Shown here piece by piece: positions 1 through 10,303 of a DNA stretch of 64,000 nt. Source of the DNA: Patescibacteria group bacterium (lineage in GTDB: Bacteria; Patescibacteriota; Patescibacteriia; Buchananbacterales; UBA6539). The stretch is from NCBI GenBank assembly GCA_028688055.1, contig JAQTYZ010000003.1, forward strand, positions 66,752-130,751, read 5' to 3'. Each line of letters begins with the position of its first letter. The stretch's first letter is position 1. The notes below the pieces were generated by a model. It did no database searches, was not told the DNA's origin, and saw only the letters and a program-made list of their open reading frames with translations. The position numbers and the translations under genes were made by a program.

Positions 1-1
1 G

Positions 2-448
2 GTGGCCAATAATGTGCCAATCTTAAATCGAAGTATCGACATTGGTGGGCTGACGATTACCAAATCAATTGCTAATAGTTTAAATGTCAGTTTGGCGCGG
101 GCGGAACAATTCAAATATGATATCGGGATGAACCCTGATCGCGTTGGCCAAGGATCAGTGCCAAAAACAATTGAGACAACCTTAACGCCGATCGTTGACG
201 AGTTGCGTTATAGCTTAAATCTTTATAAAAGCCAGGGTCAGAAAAATATTGAAAAAATAATTTTAACCGGTGGCTCGTCATTACTTTTAAATTTACCCGA
301 TTATTTAGCGAATGTTTTAGGCCTGCGAGTTTTTTTGGGTGATCCTTGGGCCCGGGTTATCTACCCCGAGGAATTAAAGCCCGTCTTAGATGAAATTGGT
401 CCTCGATTTTCAGTCGCCGTCGGTTTGGCGATGAGAGATATCGAATAA
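2..448 (+). CDS. pilM: Type IV pilus assembly protein PilM (3' part, truncated by window edge)
   Basis: Actin-like fold motifs IDIGG and IILTGGSS, C-terminal AVGLAMR; first gene of the pilus cluster. Confidence 0.85.
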   Translation: MANNVPILNRSIDIGGLTITKSIANSLNVSLARAEQFKYDIGMNPDRVGQGSVPKTIETTLTPIVDELRYSLNLYKSQGQKNIEKIILTGGSSLLLNLPDYLANVLGLRVFLGDPWARVIYPEELKPVLDEIGPRFSVAVGLAMRDIE

Positions 449-451
449 TTT

Positions 452-1603
452 ATGCCGGAAATTAATTTATTACCAAATGAATTAAGGGAGAAAGAAGAGA
501 AGGAATTGGGTTCAAAAAAGAAATCCAAGAATTTTTCGGTTTCACTTTCCAGCCCCCAAAAAGAAAAAACTGAGGCGCCGCTAACAGCACCAAAATTTTC
601 GTTACTTAGCCGCTTGTTTTACAAACCGACCCCTAAAGCCAGATCTGTTCAAGTGGTGGCTGAAGAAAAAGAAATAAAAGAAGATCAGCCACCGGTCGAA
701 GCTAGGGTAGAAAATGTTATTTTATCGGACAGTCAGCCCCTTGATGAAATGGAGCATGATTTATTCATCAATAACAGTCAAGCGCCAACTGAAGGGGTAA
801 GTGAAAAAGGTGAAGCGGATAAAATAATAAATAAAGAAGATGGCCAGAAAATTGATGAGATCAAGGCGGAGCAAAAAAAGACAATTAAGCCAAGGGCTAA
901 GCTGTTTAACTTTTTTAAACGCGCGCCGAAGGTGGTTGATTCAAAAATAGTGGAGGAGGCTGAGGAAAAAGGTGGAGTGCACCATAATAAATCTTTTAGT
1001 CGAAGGCATGACAATAGTGATTCGGTTCTAGACGTCAATTTGATTCCGGCCGATTTGGCTAAGCGTCCCGATCTGGAACTAAAGTCGAAGGCAATTAAAA
1101 GCGGGGTGGCGATTTTTATCACAATTTTGTTAATTATTAGCACTTATCTAGGCATAACTTGGTATCAACTTAAAATTGCTCAGGAAATTAAAAATATTGA
1201 GGGTCAAATTAAAGATTATGATTCAAAAATAGCGGCTAAAGAGAATGAAAAAACATCGGCCCTCGATTTGCAACAGCGGCTAATTTTGGTTAAGCAGCTT
1301 TTTGACGGGCATGTTTATTGGACTAGGTTTTTCGATTTGTTAGAGAAATACACCAGCTCGGAAGTTTACTATACTAATTTTTCAATGGTGGGACAGGATA
1401 AACTGGTAATTTCGGCCGTGGGTATGGATTATCAGTCGGTTGCCCGACAGCTGGTTGCCTTTGAAAATGCAACTGACTTTGTTAAGTCGGTTAGAATTGA
1501 TTCGGCTTCGGCCAAAATTGATTCGGCCGACGGAAAATTTGCCGGCGTTAATTTCAACATTAATTTGGAATTTGTGCCAGGCGTTTTTTTACAGCCCAAC
1601 TAA
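452..1603 (+). CDS. PilN-like protein with long charged N-terminal extension
   Basis: INLLP motif at the N-terminus and a second VNLIP before one TM helix, then coiled coil and ferredoxin-like C-terminus; follows pilM. Confidence 0.65.
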   Translation: MPEINLLPNELREKEEKELGSKKKSKNFSVSLSSPQKEKTEAPLTAPKFSLLSRLFYKPTPKARSVQVVAEEKEIKEDQPPVEARVENVILSDSQPLDEMEHDLFINNSQAPTEGVSEKGEADKIINKEDGQKIDEIKAEQKKTIKPRAKLFNFFKRAPKVVDSKIVEEAEEKGGVHHNKSFSRRHDNSDSVLDVNLIPADLAKRPDLELKSKAIKSGVAIFITILLIISTYLGITWYQLKIAQEIKNIEGQIKDYDSKIAAKENEKTSALDLQQRLILVKQLFDGHVYWTRFFDLLEKYTSSEVYYTNFSMVGQDKLVISAVGMDYQSVARQLVAFENATDFVKSVRIDSASAKIDSADGKFAGVNFNINLEFVPGVFLQPN

Positions 1604-1606
1604 TTT

Positions 1607-2218
1607 ATGGCAATAAATAAAAAATCCAAAACAGACAAGCTGAGTGGTAATCTACTAAACTTGGCCTTGGCCAAGTACTACAAAATTGGTACGGCTGCCA
1701 TTATTGTTAGCTTAGTTTTGTCGAGTTTTTTCTTGGTGTTGAAGCCAAAATATGAAGAAGTTGGCGTCGGTGGTCAATATAATTTGGACACTTTAAAAAG
1801 TGAACTGGCCAAGCGCCAGAAATATTTGAGCGACATTGAAGCGTTGACTAACAATTACCGTAATATCGGGCAGGGCGAGGTTGCCAGGTTGCATGAAGTA
1901 TTACCGCCAGCAAAGGATGTCGCTGGACTGTTTGTTCAATTCCAATCGTTGGCCGAAAAGAATAATTTATTATTAGCCGGCGTAAATATTAACGAGGTGC
2001 CGGAGGTAATTAAAATCGGCAGCGGTAAATCAATTAATAAACTAAGTATTACCGTTAATCTGGTTGGTAATAATAATGGTAGTTATTCGGAAATCAAGAA
2101 TTTTTTGGCATCGTTGGAAGATAATATTAGACTCTTTGATGTTAGTGCGGTTTATTTCAGTCCCGGTTCGCCTAATTATTCCGTTAGTATGTTTACTTAT
2201 TACACTAAAGGAAGTTAG
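1607..2218 (+). CDS. PilO-like protein
   Basis: TM helix, coiled coil, SY..IKNFL..LE..IRL pattern; position after pilMN. Confidence 0.7.
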   Translation: MAINKKSKTDKLSGNLLNLALAKYYKIGTAAIIVSLVLSSFFLVLKPKYEEVGVGGQYNLDTLKSELAKRQKYLSDIEALTNNYRNIGQGEVARLHEVLPPAKDVAGLFVQFQSLAEKNNLLLAGVNINEVPEVIKIGSGKSINKLSITVNLVGNNNGSYSEIKNFLASLEDNIRLFDVSAVYFSPGSPNYSVSMFTYYTKGS

Positions 2219-2223
2219 ACCTT

Positions 2224-2535
2224 ATGCTGATACCAAGGAAAATGTCATTAAATCGAAAAACGATAATTATCTTTATGGTTGTGTTAATTTTAGCGGTGGC
2301 CGGGTATCTTTTTTATGTTGGTTTTTTGGCTGGTAAAATTGAAATTTTAAAACCGCTAAAAGTTGAGGTTGAGGTTTTGCAGGTACCAAGTATCAACAGT
2401 GATTTTAATGATGACTTTTTGAATCGGCTGCCTTATACTGGCCTAGTCCAGTCGGCAAAATTGCCTATTACCGCTGGTGTCGTCGGTCGAAATAACCCTT
2501 TTAGTGAAATTCCGTTTTCTTTAGGCTTAAAATAA
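2224..2535 (+). CDS. Small membrane-anchored pilus-associated protein
   Basis: N-terminal TM helix, C-terminal GRNNPF motif resembling the PilP-type R.PF signature. Confidence 0.5.
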   Translation: MLIPRKMSLNRKTIIIFMVVLILAVAGYLFYVGFLAGKIEILKPLKVEVEVLQVPSINSDFNDDFLNRLPYTGLVQSAKLPITAGVVGRNNPFSEIPFSLGLK

Positions 2536-2541
2536 AGTTCA

Positions 2542-4272
2542 ATGTTTAAAGATCAACAACAGCTTCTCAATGCCTTAGTTGAAGCCAAACTTTTAAGTGC
2601 TGATCAGGCCAAGGAACTTGAGGCCAAAGCGACCGAAGTCAATCAGACTCCGGAAGATTTAATATTAGATGGTCATTTGGTTGCGGAAGATCGTTTAACG
2701 GAAATCAAAGGGAAATTACTTGATATCCCGGCGGTTGATTTAAAGGGTCGAGAAATTCTTAAAAAGGTTTTGAATCTAATACCGGGCGAAGTATCAGAAA
2801 ATTATCAAATGGTGCCGTTTGAATTAATTGGCAATGAGCTTCACGTCGGTTTGGTCAACCCGCAGAATTTTAAAGCGATTGAAGCCGTGGAATTCTTAGC
2901 TCAGAAATCCGGTTTTAAAGTTAGATATTTCATTATTTCTCAAGCTAGTTTGCATGAAGCTTTTAAAAACTACCGCATTTTAGGCGATGAAGCGAAAGAA
3001 GCGCTGGCTAATTTAAGTGAAGAAACCGCCGTCACGGGCGCAGCTAAAGAGTCGCTGAAAGAAATGGAAGAAGTAATTAAAAGCGCTCCAGTTTCGAAAA
3101 TGGTTTTGGTAATTATTAGACACGCTATTGACGGTCATGCATCGGACATTCATATTGAACCGACGATGAAAGATACTAAAGTACGCTACCGTATTGATGG
3201 AATTTTAAGAACGTCGTTGGTTTTGCCAAAGTACATCCATTCCGCGATTATTGCCCGAATAAAAGTTTTGGCAAATTTAAAACTTGATGAAACCAGAAAG
3301 CCTCAAGACGGCCGGATTAGATTGACAATTGATAACCGGGAAATTGATTTTCGTGTTTCAACCCTGCCTTTGTTTGAAGGTGAAAAAGTTGTTTTGCGAA
3401 TTTTAGATACCGAATCGCAAGTGCCGGGTCTGGAGCAATTAGGTTTTAATTCTGTTTACATTGAAAAAATTAAAGAATCAATCAAACGGCCGCATGGGTT
3501 AATATTGCTAACCGGGCCAACTGGTTCGGGAAAAACCACCACCTTGTATACGGTTTTGACTATGTTGAATCAAGATGGAATTAATATTGTAACACTTGAG
3601 GATCCGATTGAATATTATATTAGTGGTGTTAACCAATCGCAGATTAATCCGGAAGTTGGGTATACTTTTGCTTCGGGTTTGAGAGCAATTTTACGGCAAG
3701 ACCCCAATGTGGTTATGCTTGGTGAAATTCGAGATAATGAAACGACTGAGCTAGTCATTCACGCCAGCTTGACTGGTCATATGATTTTATCCACTCTTCA
3801 TACCAACGACGCTATCGGTGCGATTCCCCGACTGGTGGATTTAGGAGCGGAACCATTTTTGCTGTCATCGGTTTTAAATCTAGTCATTGCCCAGCGTTTG
3901 GCTCGAAAAATTTGTACCTATTGTAAGAAGGAAAGTTCAGTTCCGGAGACTTTGTTAACTAAAGCCAAAACCTTGCTGGCTGAAATCCCGCCGAAATTTT
4001 TGAGTAAAATTGATCCAGCGAAGTTATCTTTTTACAAGGGCGAGGGTTGTGCTCATTGTGGTAATTTGGGGTATCAAGGCCGAACAGCGGTCGCGGAAGT
4101 GATTAATATTACGACTGAAATTAGAGAAATAATGAATAATGGCGCCAAGGTTGAAGAAATTAGAAAGGCTTTAAAAAAACAGGATTTTATTACGCTGGCG
4201 CAGGACTGTCTTGTTAGGGCGCTTGAGGGCGAAACGACGCTTGATGAAGTTGTCCGGATTTCGACTTTGTAA
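2542..4272 (+). CDS. pilB: Type IV pilus extension ATPase PilB/GspE
   Basis: ASDIHIEP, GPTGSGKTTT, LRQDPNVVMLGEIRD, STLHTN, tetracysteine motif. Confidence 0.92.
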   Translation: MFKDQQQLLNALVEAKLLSADQAKELEAKATEVNQTPEDLILDGHLVAEDRLTEIKGKLLDIPAVDLKGREILKKVLNLIPGEVSENYQMVPFELIGNELHVGLVNPQNFKAIEAVEFLAQKSGFKVRYFIISQASLHEAFKNYRILGDEAKEALANLSEETAVTGAAKESLKEMEEVIKSAPVSKMVLVIIRHAIDGHASDIHIEPTMKDTKVRYRIDGILRTSLVLPKYIHSAIIARIKVLANLKLDETRKPQDGRIRLTIDNREIDFRVSTLPLFEGEKVVLRILDTESQVPGLEQLGFNSVYIEKIKESIKRPHGLILLTGPTGSGKTTTLYTVLTMLNQDGINIVTLEDPIEYYISGVNQSQINPEVGYTFASGLRAILRQDPNVVMLGEIRDNETTELVIHASLTGHMILSTLHTNDAIGAIPRLVDLGAEPFLLSSVLNLVIAQRLARKICTYCKKESSVPETLLTKAKTLLAEIPPKFLSKIDPAKLSFYKGEGCAHCGNLGYQGRTAVAEVINITTEIREIMNNGAKVEEIRKALKKQDFITLAQDCLVRALEGETTLDEVVRISTL

Positions 4273-4317
4273 TAAAATAAACCAAGCAAGTTAATTAATA
4301 AAGATTAGGAGAAATTT

Positions 4318-4695
4318 ATGTCAACGAGCAGAAAAATTCTATTAGTGGAGGATGATGAATTCTTGGCGGAGCTGTATGCGACCAAATTAAACATGGAAGG
4401 TTTTGAAGTTTTTTTGGCCGTTGACGGCGAAAAAGGATTAAAGCTGGCCAAAGAAAAAATGCCTGACTTAGTTTTGTTAGATATTATTTTACCTAAAATG
4501 GACGGTTTTGAAGTTTTAGGAAAAATGAAAATCGATCCGGAAACAAAAAATATCCCGGTCATCTTGTTAACCAATTTGTCGCAAAAAGACGAAGTGAAAA
4601 AGGGCCTTGAGTTAGGAGCAAAGGACTATCTGATTAAGGCTCACTTTATGCCGTCGGAAGTCGTAAAGAAAATTAAGCAAACCTTAGGTGATTAA
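4318..4695 (+). CDS. Single-domain response regulator
   Basis: ILLVEDD, DLVLLDIILPKMDG, GAKDYLIK. Confidence 0.92.
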   Translation: MSTSRKILLVEDDEFLAELYATKLNMEGFEVFLAVDGEKGLKLAKEKMPDLVLLDIILPKMDGFEVLGKMKIDPETKNIPVILLTNLSQKDEVKKGLELGAKDYLIKAHFMPSEVVKKIKQTLGD

Positions 4696-4697
4696 AT

Positions 4698-5771
4698 ATG
4701 GAAGCATCATTAGAATTATTTATTAACAAAATTTTGACCACGGCCGCCAAGCGGCAGGCGTCCAATATTCATTTGACCGTTAATTCATATCCGGCCTTAA
4801 GAGTTAATGATGAGTTGCTTGAGTTGACCGATGAACAAATCGTTACCGATTCATTAGTGAAAAATATGGCTAATGACTGGCTTGATGATTCGCAGAAAAA
4901 AATATTGGAAGAAAAAAAGGAAATTATTGTCACCAAAGAAATGGGAAAAAAATTCAGATTAAAAATGAATTTTTTTTATCAGAAAGGTTTTTTATCAATT
5001 GCTCTTAGATTAATTCCCGGTCGGGTGCCACCATTGATAAATTTGGGTTTACCAAAAGCAGTTTACGGTTTAACTGATAAAAAAGCGGGTTTGATTATTG
5101 TGGCCGGACCGTATGGATCTGGCCGGACGACAACGGTGGCATCAATGGTCGAGGAGATAAATAAGAGTCGTAAAGAAAATATTGTCGTTGTTGAAGATCC
5201 GATTGAGTATTTATTTGTTAATCAAAATAGTTTGATTGAACAAAGGCAAGTTGGTCGAGATACCAATTCATTTTCTGACGCGATTGATAATGCGGAAGAG
5301 TCTGATGTCGACATCATCGCCATTGGTGTTACTGAAGAAAAAGGCGTTGTAGAAAAAGTCTTAGAATTTGCCAACTCCGGACGGTTGGCGATTTTAGCAA
5401 TGGAGACAACATCAGTGGTTCAAACAATTCAAGAGTTTTTAGATAATTTTAGTTCGGATCGGCGCGACCGAGCTCAGGTACTGTTGGCTGAAAATCTGTT
5501 AGCCATCATTGTCCAGCGTTTAGTGCCGCGAGTGGGGGGTGGGTTAGTTTTAGCGGCGGAGGTTTTAATTAGCACCGAAGCGGTTAGTTCGTTAATTACC
5601 GAAGGACGGATAAAACAATTAACAACAATATTACAAACATCGCGCGCCGAAGGAATGATCAGTTTGGATCAATCACTGGCGGAGTTAGTTAGGTCGGGTG
5701 AGGTCATGATTAATCATGCCATCGAATATGCGGCTGATCCACAAAGTTTTCGGGCCATTGCTAAAGATTAA
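4698..5771 (+). CDS. PilT/PilU-family protein with degenerate ATPase motifs
   Basis: PilT architecture (EDPIEY, QRLVP, GMISLDQSL); Walker A is GPYGSGRTTT; Walker B Glu and His box absent. Confidence 0.8.
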   Translation: MEASLELFINKILTTAAKRQASNIHLTVNSYPALRVNDELLELTDEQIVTDSLVKNMANDWLDDSQKKILEEKKEIIVTKEMGKKFRLKMNFFYQKGFLSIALRLIPGRVPPLINLGLPKAVYGLTDKKAGLIIVAGPYGSGRTTTVASMVEEINKSRKENIVVVEDPIEYLFVNQNSLIEQRQVGRDTNSFSDAIDNAEESDVDIIAIGVTEEKGVVEKVLEFANSGRLAILAMETTSVVQTIQEFLDNFSSDRRDRAQVLLAENLLAIIVQRLVPRVGGGLVLAAEVLISTEAVSSLITEGRIKQLTTILQTSRAEGMISLDQSLAELVRSGEVMINHAIEYAADPQSFRAIAKD

Positions 5772-5779
5772 TTACGGTT

Positions 5780-6985
5780 ATGCCTTTTTATCGCTACAAA
5801 GCCAATAATATAGATAATGAGACGGTCGAAGGTATGATCCAGGCCGCTTCTTCAGATGTGGCTGCTGACATTTTGAATGATCAAAATTTGACCATTTTGG
5901 CGTTAAATGAAGAAAAAATTAGTTTTCGCGAGCGAATGTTGCGGGTTTTGAATCGGGTCAAAATTAAAGATTTAGTTATTTTTTCTCGGCAACTATCGGT
6001 CATTGTTTCCGCCACGATTCCCTTGGTTCAAGGCTTAAGAATTTTAGTCACTCAGACCGATAGTCCGGTGCTAAAAACAGTCATTTCCGAAGTGGCTGAC
6101 GACGTCGAGGGTGGCGCTAAATTATCGGCGGCACTCAAAAGGCATTCGGAAATTTTTAGCGATTTTTTTATTAATATTATTAAGTCCGGTGAAACTTCCG
6201 GTAAGCTCGATGACGTTTTGAATTATCTAGCCGATCAGCAAGAAAAGGATTATGATTTAAGTTCAAAGATTAAAGGGGCAATGATTTATCCGATTTTTAT
6301 CGTTAGTGGATTATCAATTGTTGGAACCTTGATGATGATTTTTGTTATTCCCCAACTGACTGCGGTTTTAATTGAAACTGGAGCTCAACTGCCAACTTCG
6401 ACCATCGTTTTGATTGCGGTTAGCAATTTTTTGCAAAAATTTTGGTGGTTGTTAGCCATCGTAATCATTGGTACTTATTTTATACTTCACGCTTTAATTA
6501 AAACCGAAAAAGGTAAATATGCTTGGGACACCATCTTATTGCGTTTGCCAGTTTTTGGTGAATTATTTAGAAAAATTATTTTGGTTCGATTTGCTCGAAG
6601 TTTATATACCTTAACTACCGGCGGCGTGTCATTGACTAAAAGCTTGGAAATTGTTGCCGATGTTGTCGGCAATGCCGTTTTCCATGATTTGATTAGTCAA
6701 ACCGTTAAAGAGGTTGAGGACGGAAATTCAATTGCTACTATTTTTTTGCAGAGTAAAGAGGTACCACCAATGGTTTCGCAGATGTTGAATTTAGGGGAAA
6801 AAACCGGACGGCTCGATGATATCTTGGAAAAATTAGCCCACTTTTATAGCCGCGAAGTTGAAAATTTGGTGGCCAACCTGGTAACGTTGCTTGAGCCAAT
6901 GGTGATGATTCTAATGGGTATCGCGGTCGGTGGATTATTTTCGGCTATTATTTTACCAATGTATAGCCTGGCGTCAAGCCTTTAA
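5780..6985 (+). CDS. pilC: Type IV pilus platform protein PilC/GspF
   Basis: FSRQL, GETSGKLD, GAMIYP, GEKTGRLD, LLEP motifs. Confidence 0.92.
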   Translation: MPFYRYKANNIDNETVEGMIQAASSDVAADILNDQNLTILALNEEKISFRERMLRVLNRVKIKDLVIFSRQLSVIVSATIPLVQGLRILVTQTDSPVLKTVISEVADDVEGGAKLSAALKRHSEIFSDFFINIIKSGETSGKLDDVLNYLADQQEKDYDLSSKIKGAMIYPIFIVSGLSIVGTLMMIFVIPQLTAVLIETGAQLPTSTIVLIAVSNFLQKFWWLLAIVIIGTYFILHALIKTEKGKYAWDTILLRLPVFGELFRKIILVRFARSLYTLTTGGVSLTKSLEIVADVVGNAVFHDLISQTVKEVEDGNSIATIFLQSKEVPPMVSQMLNLGEKTGRLDDILEKLAHFYSREVENLVANLVTLLEPMVMILMGIAVGGLFSAIILPMYSLASSL

Positions 6986-7003
6986 TTAATTAAGGATAAG
7001 ACC

Positions 7004-7420
7004 ATGAATAATAAAAAACGACTCGGATTTACGTTAGTTGAATTGTTGGTTGTTATCTCCATTATTGGAATTTTATCCAGTATTTCTACCGCTTCAGTTA
7101 ATATCGCGCGACAACGTGCCAGAGATGCCAGACGTCAAGCCGACGCTTCTCAAATTCAATTAGCTTTGTATTTATATTTTGATGATCATTTGTCTTTTCC
7201 AGAGGCTGATATGTTGCCAGAAAATGCTGTTTCAAATTGGACCAATGTCTTGGTTCCTAATTTGAATGGCACTAATGGTGGCAGAAAGTATATGACTAGG
7301 GTGCCGCTTGATCCACTCAATATTGATCCTCATTTTTACGGCTATAATAGTGATGGTAAAGAGTTTATTGTTACTTATTATTTGGAAAATGGCGGCCCGG
7401 CTGAACTTCACGGTTATTAA
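7004..7420 (+). CDS. Type IV pilin/pseudopilin
   Basis: GFTLVELLVV prepilin motif. Confidence 0.88.
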   Translation: MNNKKRLGFTLVELLVVISIIGILSSISTASVNIARQRARDARRQADASQIQLALYLYFDDHLSFPEADMLPENAVSNWTNVLVPNLNGTNGGRKYMTRVPLDPLNIDPHFYGYNSDGKEFIVTYYLENGGPAELHGY

Positions 7421-7492
7421 TTTGTGCCTTTGTTGAAAAGTTGGTATAATTAATTAGTTGTTGATAACTAAAAATTTTGGTTTATTATAAAC

Positions 7493-7690
7493 CAACCAAA
7501 CGAAAGGGGGTGAGACAATGAGAAAGAAAGGTTTTACACTTATCGAACTGTTAGTGGTAATTGCCATCATCGGTCTATTATCGACCTTGGCAGTTGTCGC
7601 TTTGAATTCCGCCCGATTGAAGGCGAGAGATGCTAAGCGCGTAGCTGATATTAAACAGGTTCAGACAGCATTGGAGCTTTATTTTAATGA
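7493..7690 (+). repeat. 198-bp direct repeat copy 1 (RBS plus pilin 5' half)
   Basis: Matches 12818-13015 with one mismatch by eye. Confidence 0.9.
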
Positions 7691-7949
7691 TCAACAGAAT
7701 TATCCAGGTACCACTGGTACTTTAGGCACAGCTTCAATGGTTTGTCTTGGTACAGCCGGTTTTGGTACCTCAGGCTGTGGCGGCGCTTATATGGGATTAG
7801 TCCCTTCGAACCCAACTCCAAACGGAGCGGTTTATGTATATTCAGCGGATGGTACTTCAGGAACATACTCAATCACCTTCAGTCTGGAAGGAACGACTGG
7901 TGGTTTAGGTTCAGGTGCTCACACTGCTTCACAAGACGGGTTGGAATAA
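7518..7949 (+). CDS. Major type IV pilin, copy A
   Basis: [17 protein letters not shown]; purine-rich RBS (AAAGGGGGTG) and own terminator. Confidence 0.9.
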   Translation: MRKKGFTLIELLVVIAIIGLLSTLAVVALNSARLKARDAKRVADIKQVQTALELYFNDQQNYPGTTGTLGTASMVCLGTAGFGTSGCGGAYMGLVPSNPTPNGAVYVYSADGTSGTYSITFSLEGTTGGLGSGAHTASQDGLE

Positions 7950-7969
7950 TTTATACAATACACCTATTA

Positions 7970-8000
7970 ACAATAAAACCCCAGCCTGGGGTTTTATTGT
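7970..8000 (+). terminator. Intrinsic terminator-like hairpin after pilin A
   Basis: ACAATAAAACCCCAG-C-CTGGGGTTTTATTGT. Confidence 0.7.
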
Positions 8001-8035
8001 TGTGTTAGACGTCATTTCAGGTTAAAATTACTATC

Positions 8036-10303
8036 ATGACACCTAAGATCCAAAAAATATTTTTGCCCGTTATATTCTTTTTTTTATTGCTGGTTTTTTT
8101 TGCCCCCTACCTGAATGGGAGCAATATTTTATATGAGGGTGACTATACGGGCAGTGATTTAACTGAGTTGAATTTACCTTTTAGATACTGGGCGGCCGAA
8201 CAAATCAAACATGGAGATTTGCCGCTTTGGAATGATCAAATATCAGCTGGTTTTCCGCAGCTCGCTGAGGGCCAAACGGGAGTTTTTTATCCCTTTAATT
8301 TAATTTTTTTTATTTTATTGCCAATCGGCTTCGCGGTGCTGGCAACTTATTTTTTAAATTTTCTCTTGGCTGGAATTTTTACCTTTATTTATTGTCGAAG
8401 CTTGAATATCAGTCAGGTCGGAAGTTGGCTGGCGGCGACGGCCTTTAGTTTTAGCGGTTGGTTTGTCTTTAGACTAAAACATCTTAATTTGATTAATGCG
8501 GCGATTTGGCTGCCATTAATTTTTTATTTAATTGAAAAATTAATTGTTTCAAAACGTAAAGATTTGTTACTCGTCTTGTTGTCAGGTGTTTATACGATTC
8601 AGTTCTTTGCCGGTCATCCTCAAATCAGTTACATCTCAGTGCTAGCTGGGCTGGCCTATTATTTGATTAGATTATTAGGAAACGACGAATTTAAAAAATC
8701 TGGACGCTGGCTAAAAATTTATAAAATTATATTTCCCTGGATGGTAATTGGTTTTTTGACGCTGGGAATGACGGCCATCCAACTTTTACCAACTTACCAA
8801 TTATCCAAATTATCAGCCAGAGGTAGCTGGTCTGACTTTAATAATTCTGTTGGCACTTTAGTCTTTCAGCCTGTAGAATTTTTAACCGCTATCTATCCTT
8901 ATATATTTGGTAATCCAGCTAACGGCAGTTATCAAGGTTTTGATTTGGGATTCAAATCTGGTTTCTGGGAGGACAGCGTTTACTTCGGTCTACTGCCATT
9001 ATTTTTTTCATTTATTGCTTTAATATTTGTTTGGCGCAAAGAAAAAATTATTAGACAGCTGTCGTTTTTTTTGGTTTTTTGTTTATTTTTTATCCTAGCC
9101 GGATCTAATCCTTGGTTTAAATGGGTCTGGAGTGTCTTACCCTCTTACCAAGTATTTCGTTTTCATCAGCGATTCTTGTTACCATTTATCTTGATAATGT
9201 CGGTTTTGTCAGCCCTGGGATTTGATTATTGTGCCAAAAAGATTGCCAACGTGGGGAAAACCGGCAAGGCGGCCCCACGTAATCTCAATAGCGGTTGGTC
9301 GATTATTGTTATTTTGATTGTTAGTATTGAGTTGCTTTTTATGTCGCTGCAGTTTATTGGCACGATGCCAACTACCTATTTAACCGCCGAGCCTGAAAGC
9401 GTTGAATGGTTAAAGGCTGATCAGGATCAGTTTCGAGTTGCTAGTTTATATTATCAGCTGTCATGGAATTTTGTTTTCTCAAATTCTAATGGTTGGCTTA
9501 GCACGCCAGATTTATACCTAGAAAATCGTGAGTTGGTACAACCTAATTTAAATTTATTTTATGGTCTTAGTACTTATAACGATCGTGGTTGGAATGAGGG
9601 TGGGCAGCTCGACCGTCGCTTGGCAGCACTCTTAACGGTGATTGATAAAAATATCACTCTGGATGTCACCTCCCACGCCGTAATAATTAGTCCTAATGTT
9701 TTGAAAGTTTTAGGTTTGCAAAATGTCAAGTATTTATTGTCATATTATCCGGTCCGTAGCAATCACTTAGCGGAAGTTAAATCGATTAATCAATTATTTT
9801 TGCCAACTTTGCATATTTATCAAAATCCCTATTTTTTAAACAGGGCCTTTATGGTTTTCCAGTCCAAGCCGGTTAATGCTGACGCTGACGAAATAGCAAG
9901 TTTGTTTGCTGATGATTTTGATCCGTCAAAAGTGGTAACGAGCGCGGCTGAGCTTGGTTTAAAACCAGCCCTTAAAGCTCAGTCCCAAGTCGAAGTTATT
10001 AGTCATCAGGCTAATAAATCAGCTTATCGTGTTAAAACTGATAGTGATGGTTTGCTGTTTATTAGCCAGCTGTATTATCCGGGCTGGATTGCCAAAGTTG
10101 ACGGTAAAAAGGTTGACCTGGAGCGTGTTAATGGGGCATACACTGGCCTAATGATTCCGAGTGGCGAACATCGAGTTGAGCTGAAATATGACCCCAAGTC
10201 TTTCGAGCTTGGGTTAACAATTTCTTTGCTAACACTAATATTGATTATTATTTATTTTGCGATGAAACTTTTGGTTTCAATGCGATCAGTTTTTAAATTA
10301 TGA
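8036..10303 (+). CDS. YfhO-family (GT-C-like) membrane protein
   Basis: Polytopic; PLWN...GFP..AE.Q.G.FYP near N-terminus; YYPGW.AKVDG and G.H.VEL.Y.P near C-terminus. Confidence 0.8.
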   Translation: MTPKIQKIFLPVIFFFLLLVFFAPYLNGSNILYEGDYTGSDLTELNLPFRYWAAEQIKHGDLPLWNDQISAGFPQLAEGQTGVFYPFNLIFFILLPIGFAVLATYFLNFLLAGIFTFIYCRSLNISQVGSWLAATAFSFSGWFVFRLKHLNLINAAIWLPLIFYLIEKLIVSKRKDLLLVLLSGVYTIQFFAGHPQISYISVLAGLAYYLIRLLGNDEFKKSGRWLKIYKIIFPWMVIGFLTLGMTAIQLLPTYQLSKLSARGSWSDFNNSVGTLVFQPVEFLTAIYPYIFGNPANGSYQGFDLGFKSGFWEDSVYFGLLPLFFSFIALIFVWRKEKIIRQLSFFLVFCLFFILAGSNPWFKWVWSVLPSYQVFRFHQRFLLPFILIMSVLSALGFDYCAKKIANVGKTGKAAPRNLNSGWSIIVILIVSIELLFMSLQFIGTMPTTYLTAEPESVEWLKADQDQFRVASLYYQLSWNFVFSNSNGWLSTPDLYLENRELVQPNLNLFYGLSTYNDRGWNEGGQLDRRLAALLTVIDKNITLDVTSHAVIISPNVLKVLGLQNVKYLLSYYPVRSNHLAEVKSINQLFLPTLHIYQNPYFLNRAFMVFQSKPVNADADEIASLFADDFDPSKVVTSAAELGLKPALKAQSQVEVISHQANKSAYRVKTDSDGLLFISQLYYPGWIAKVDGKKVDLERVNGAYTGLMIPSGEHRVELKYDPKSFELGLTISLLTLILIIIYFAMKLLVSMRSVFKL

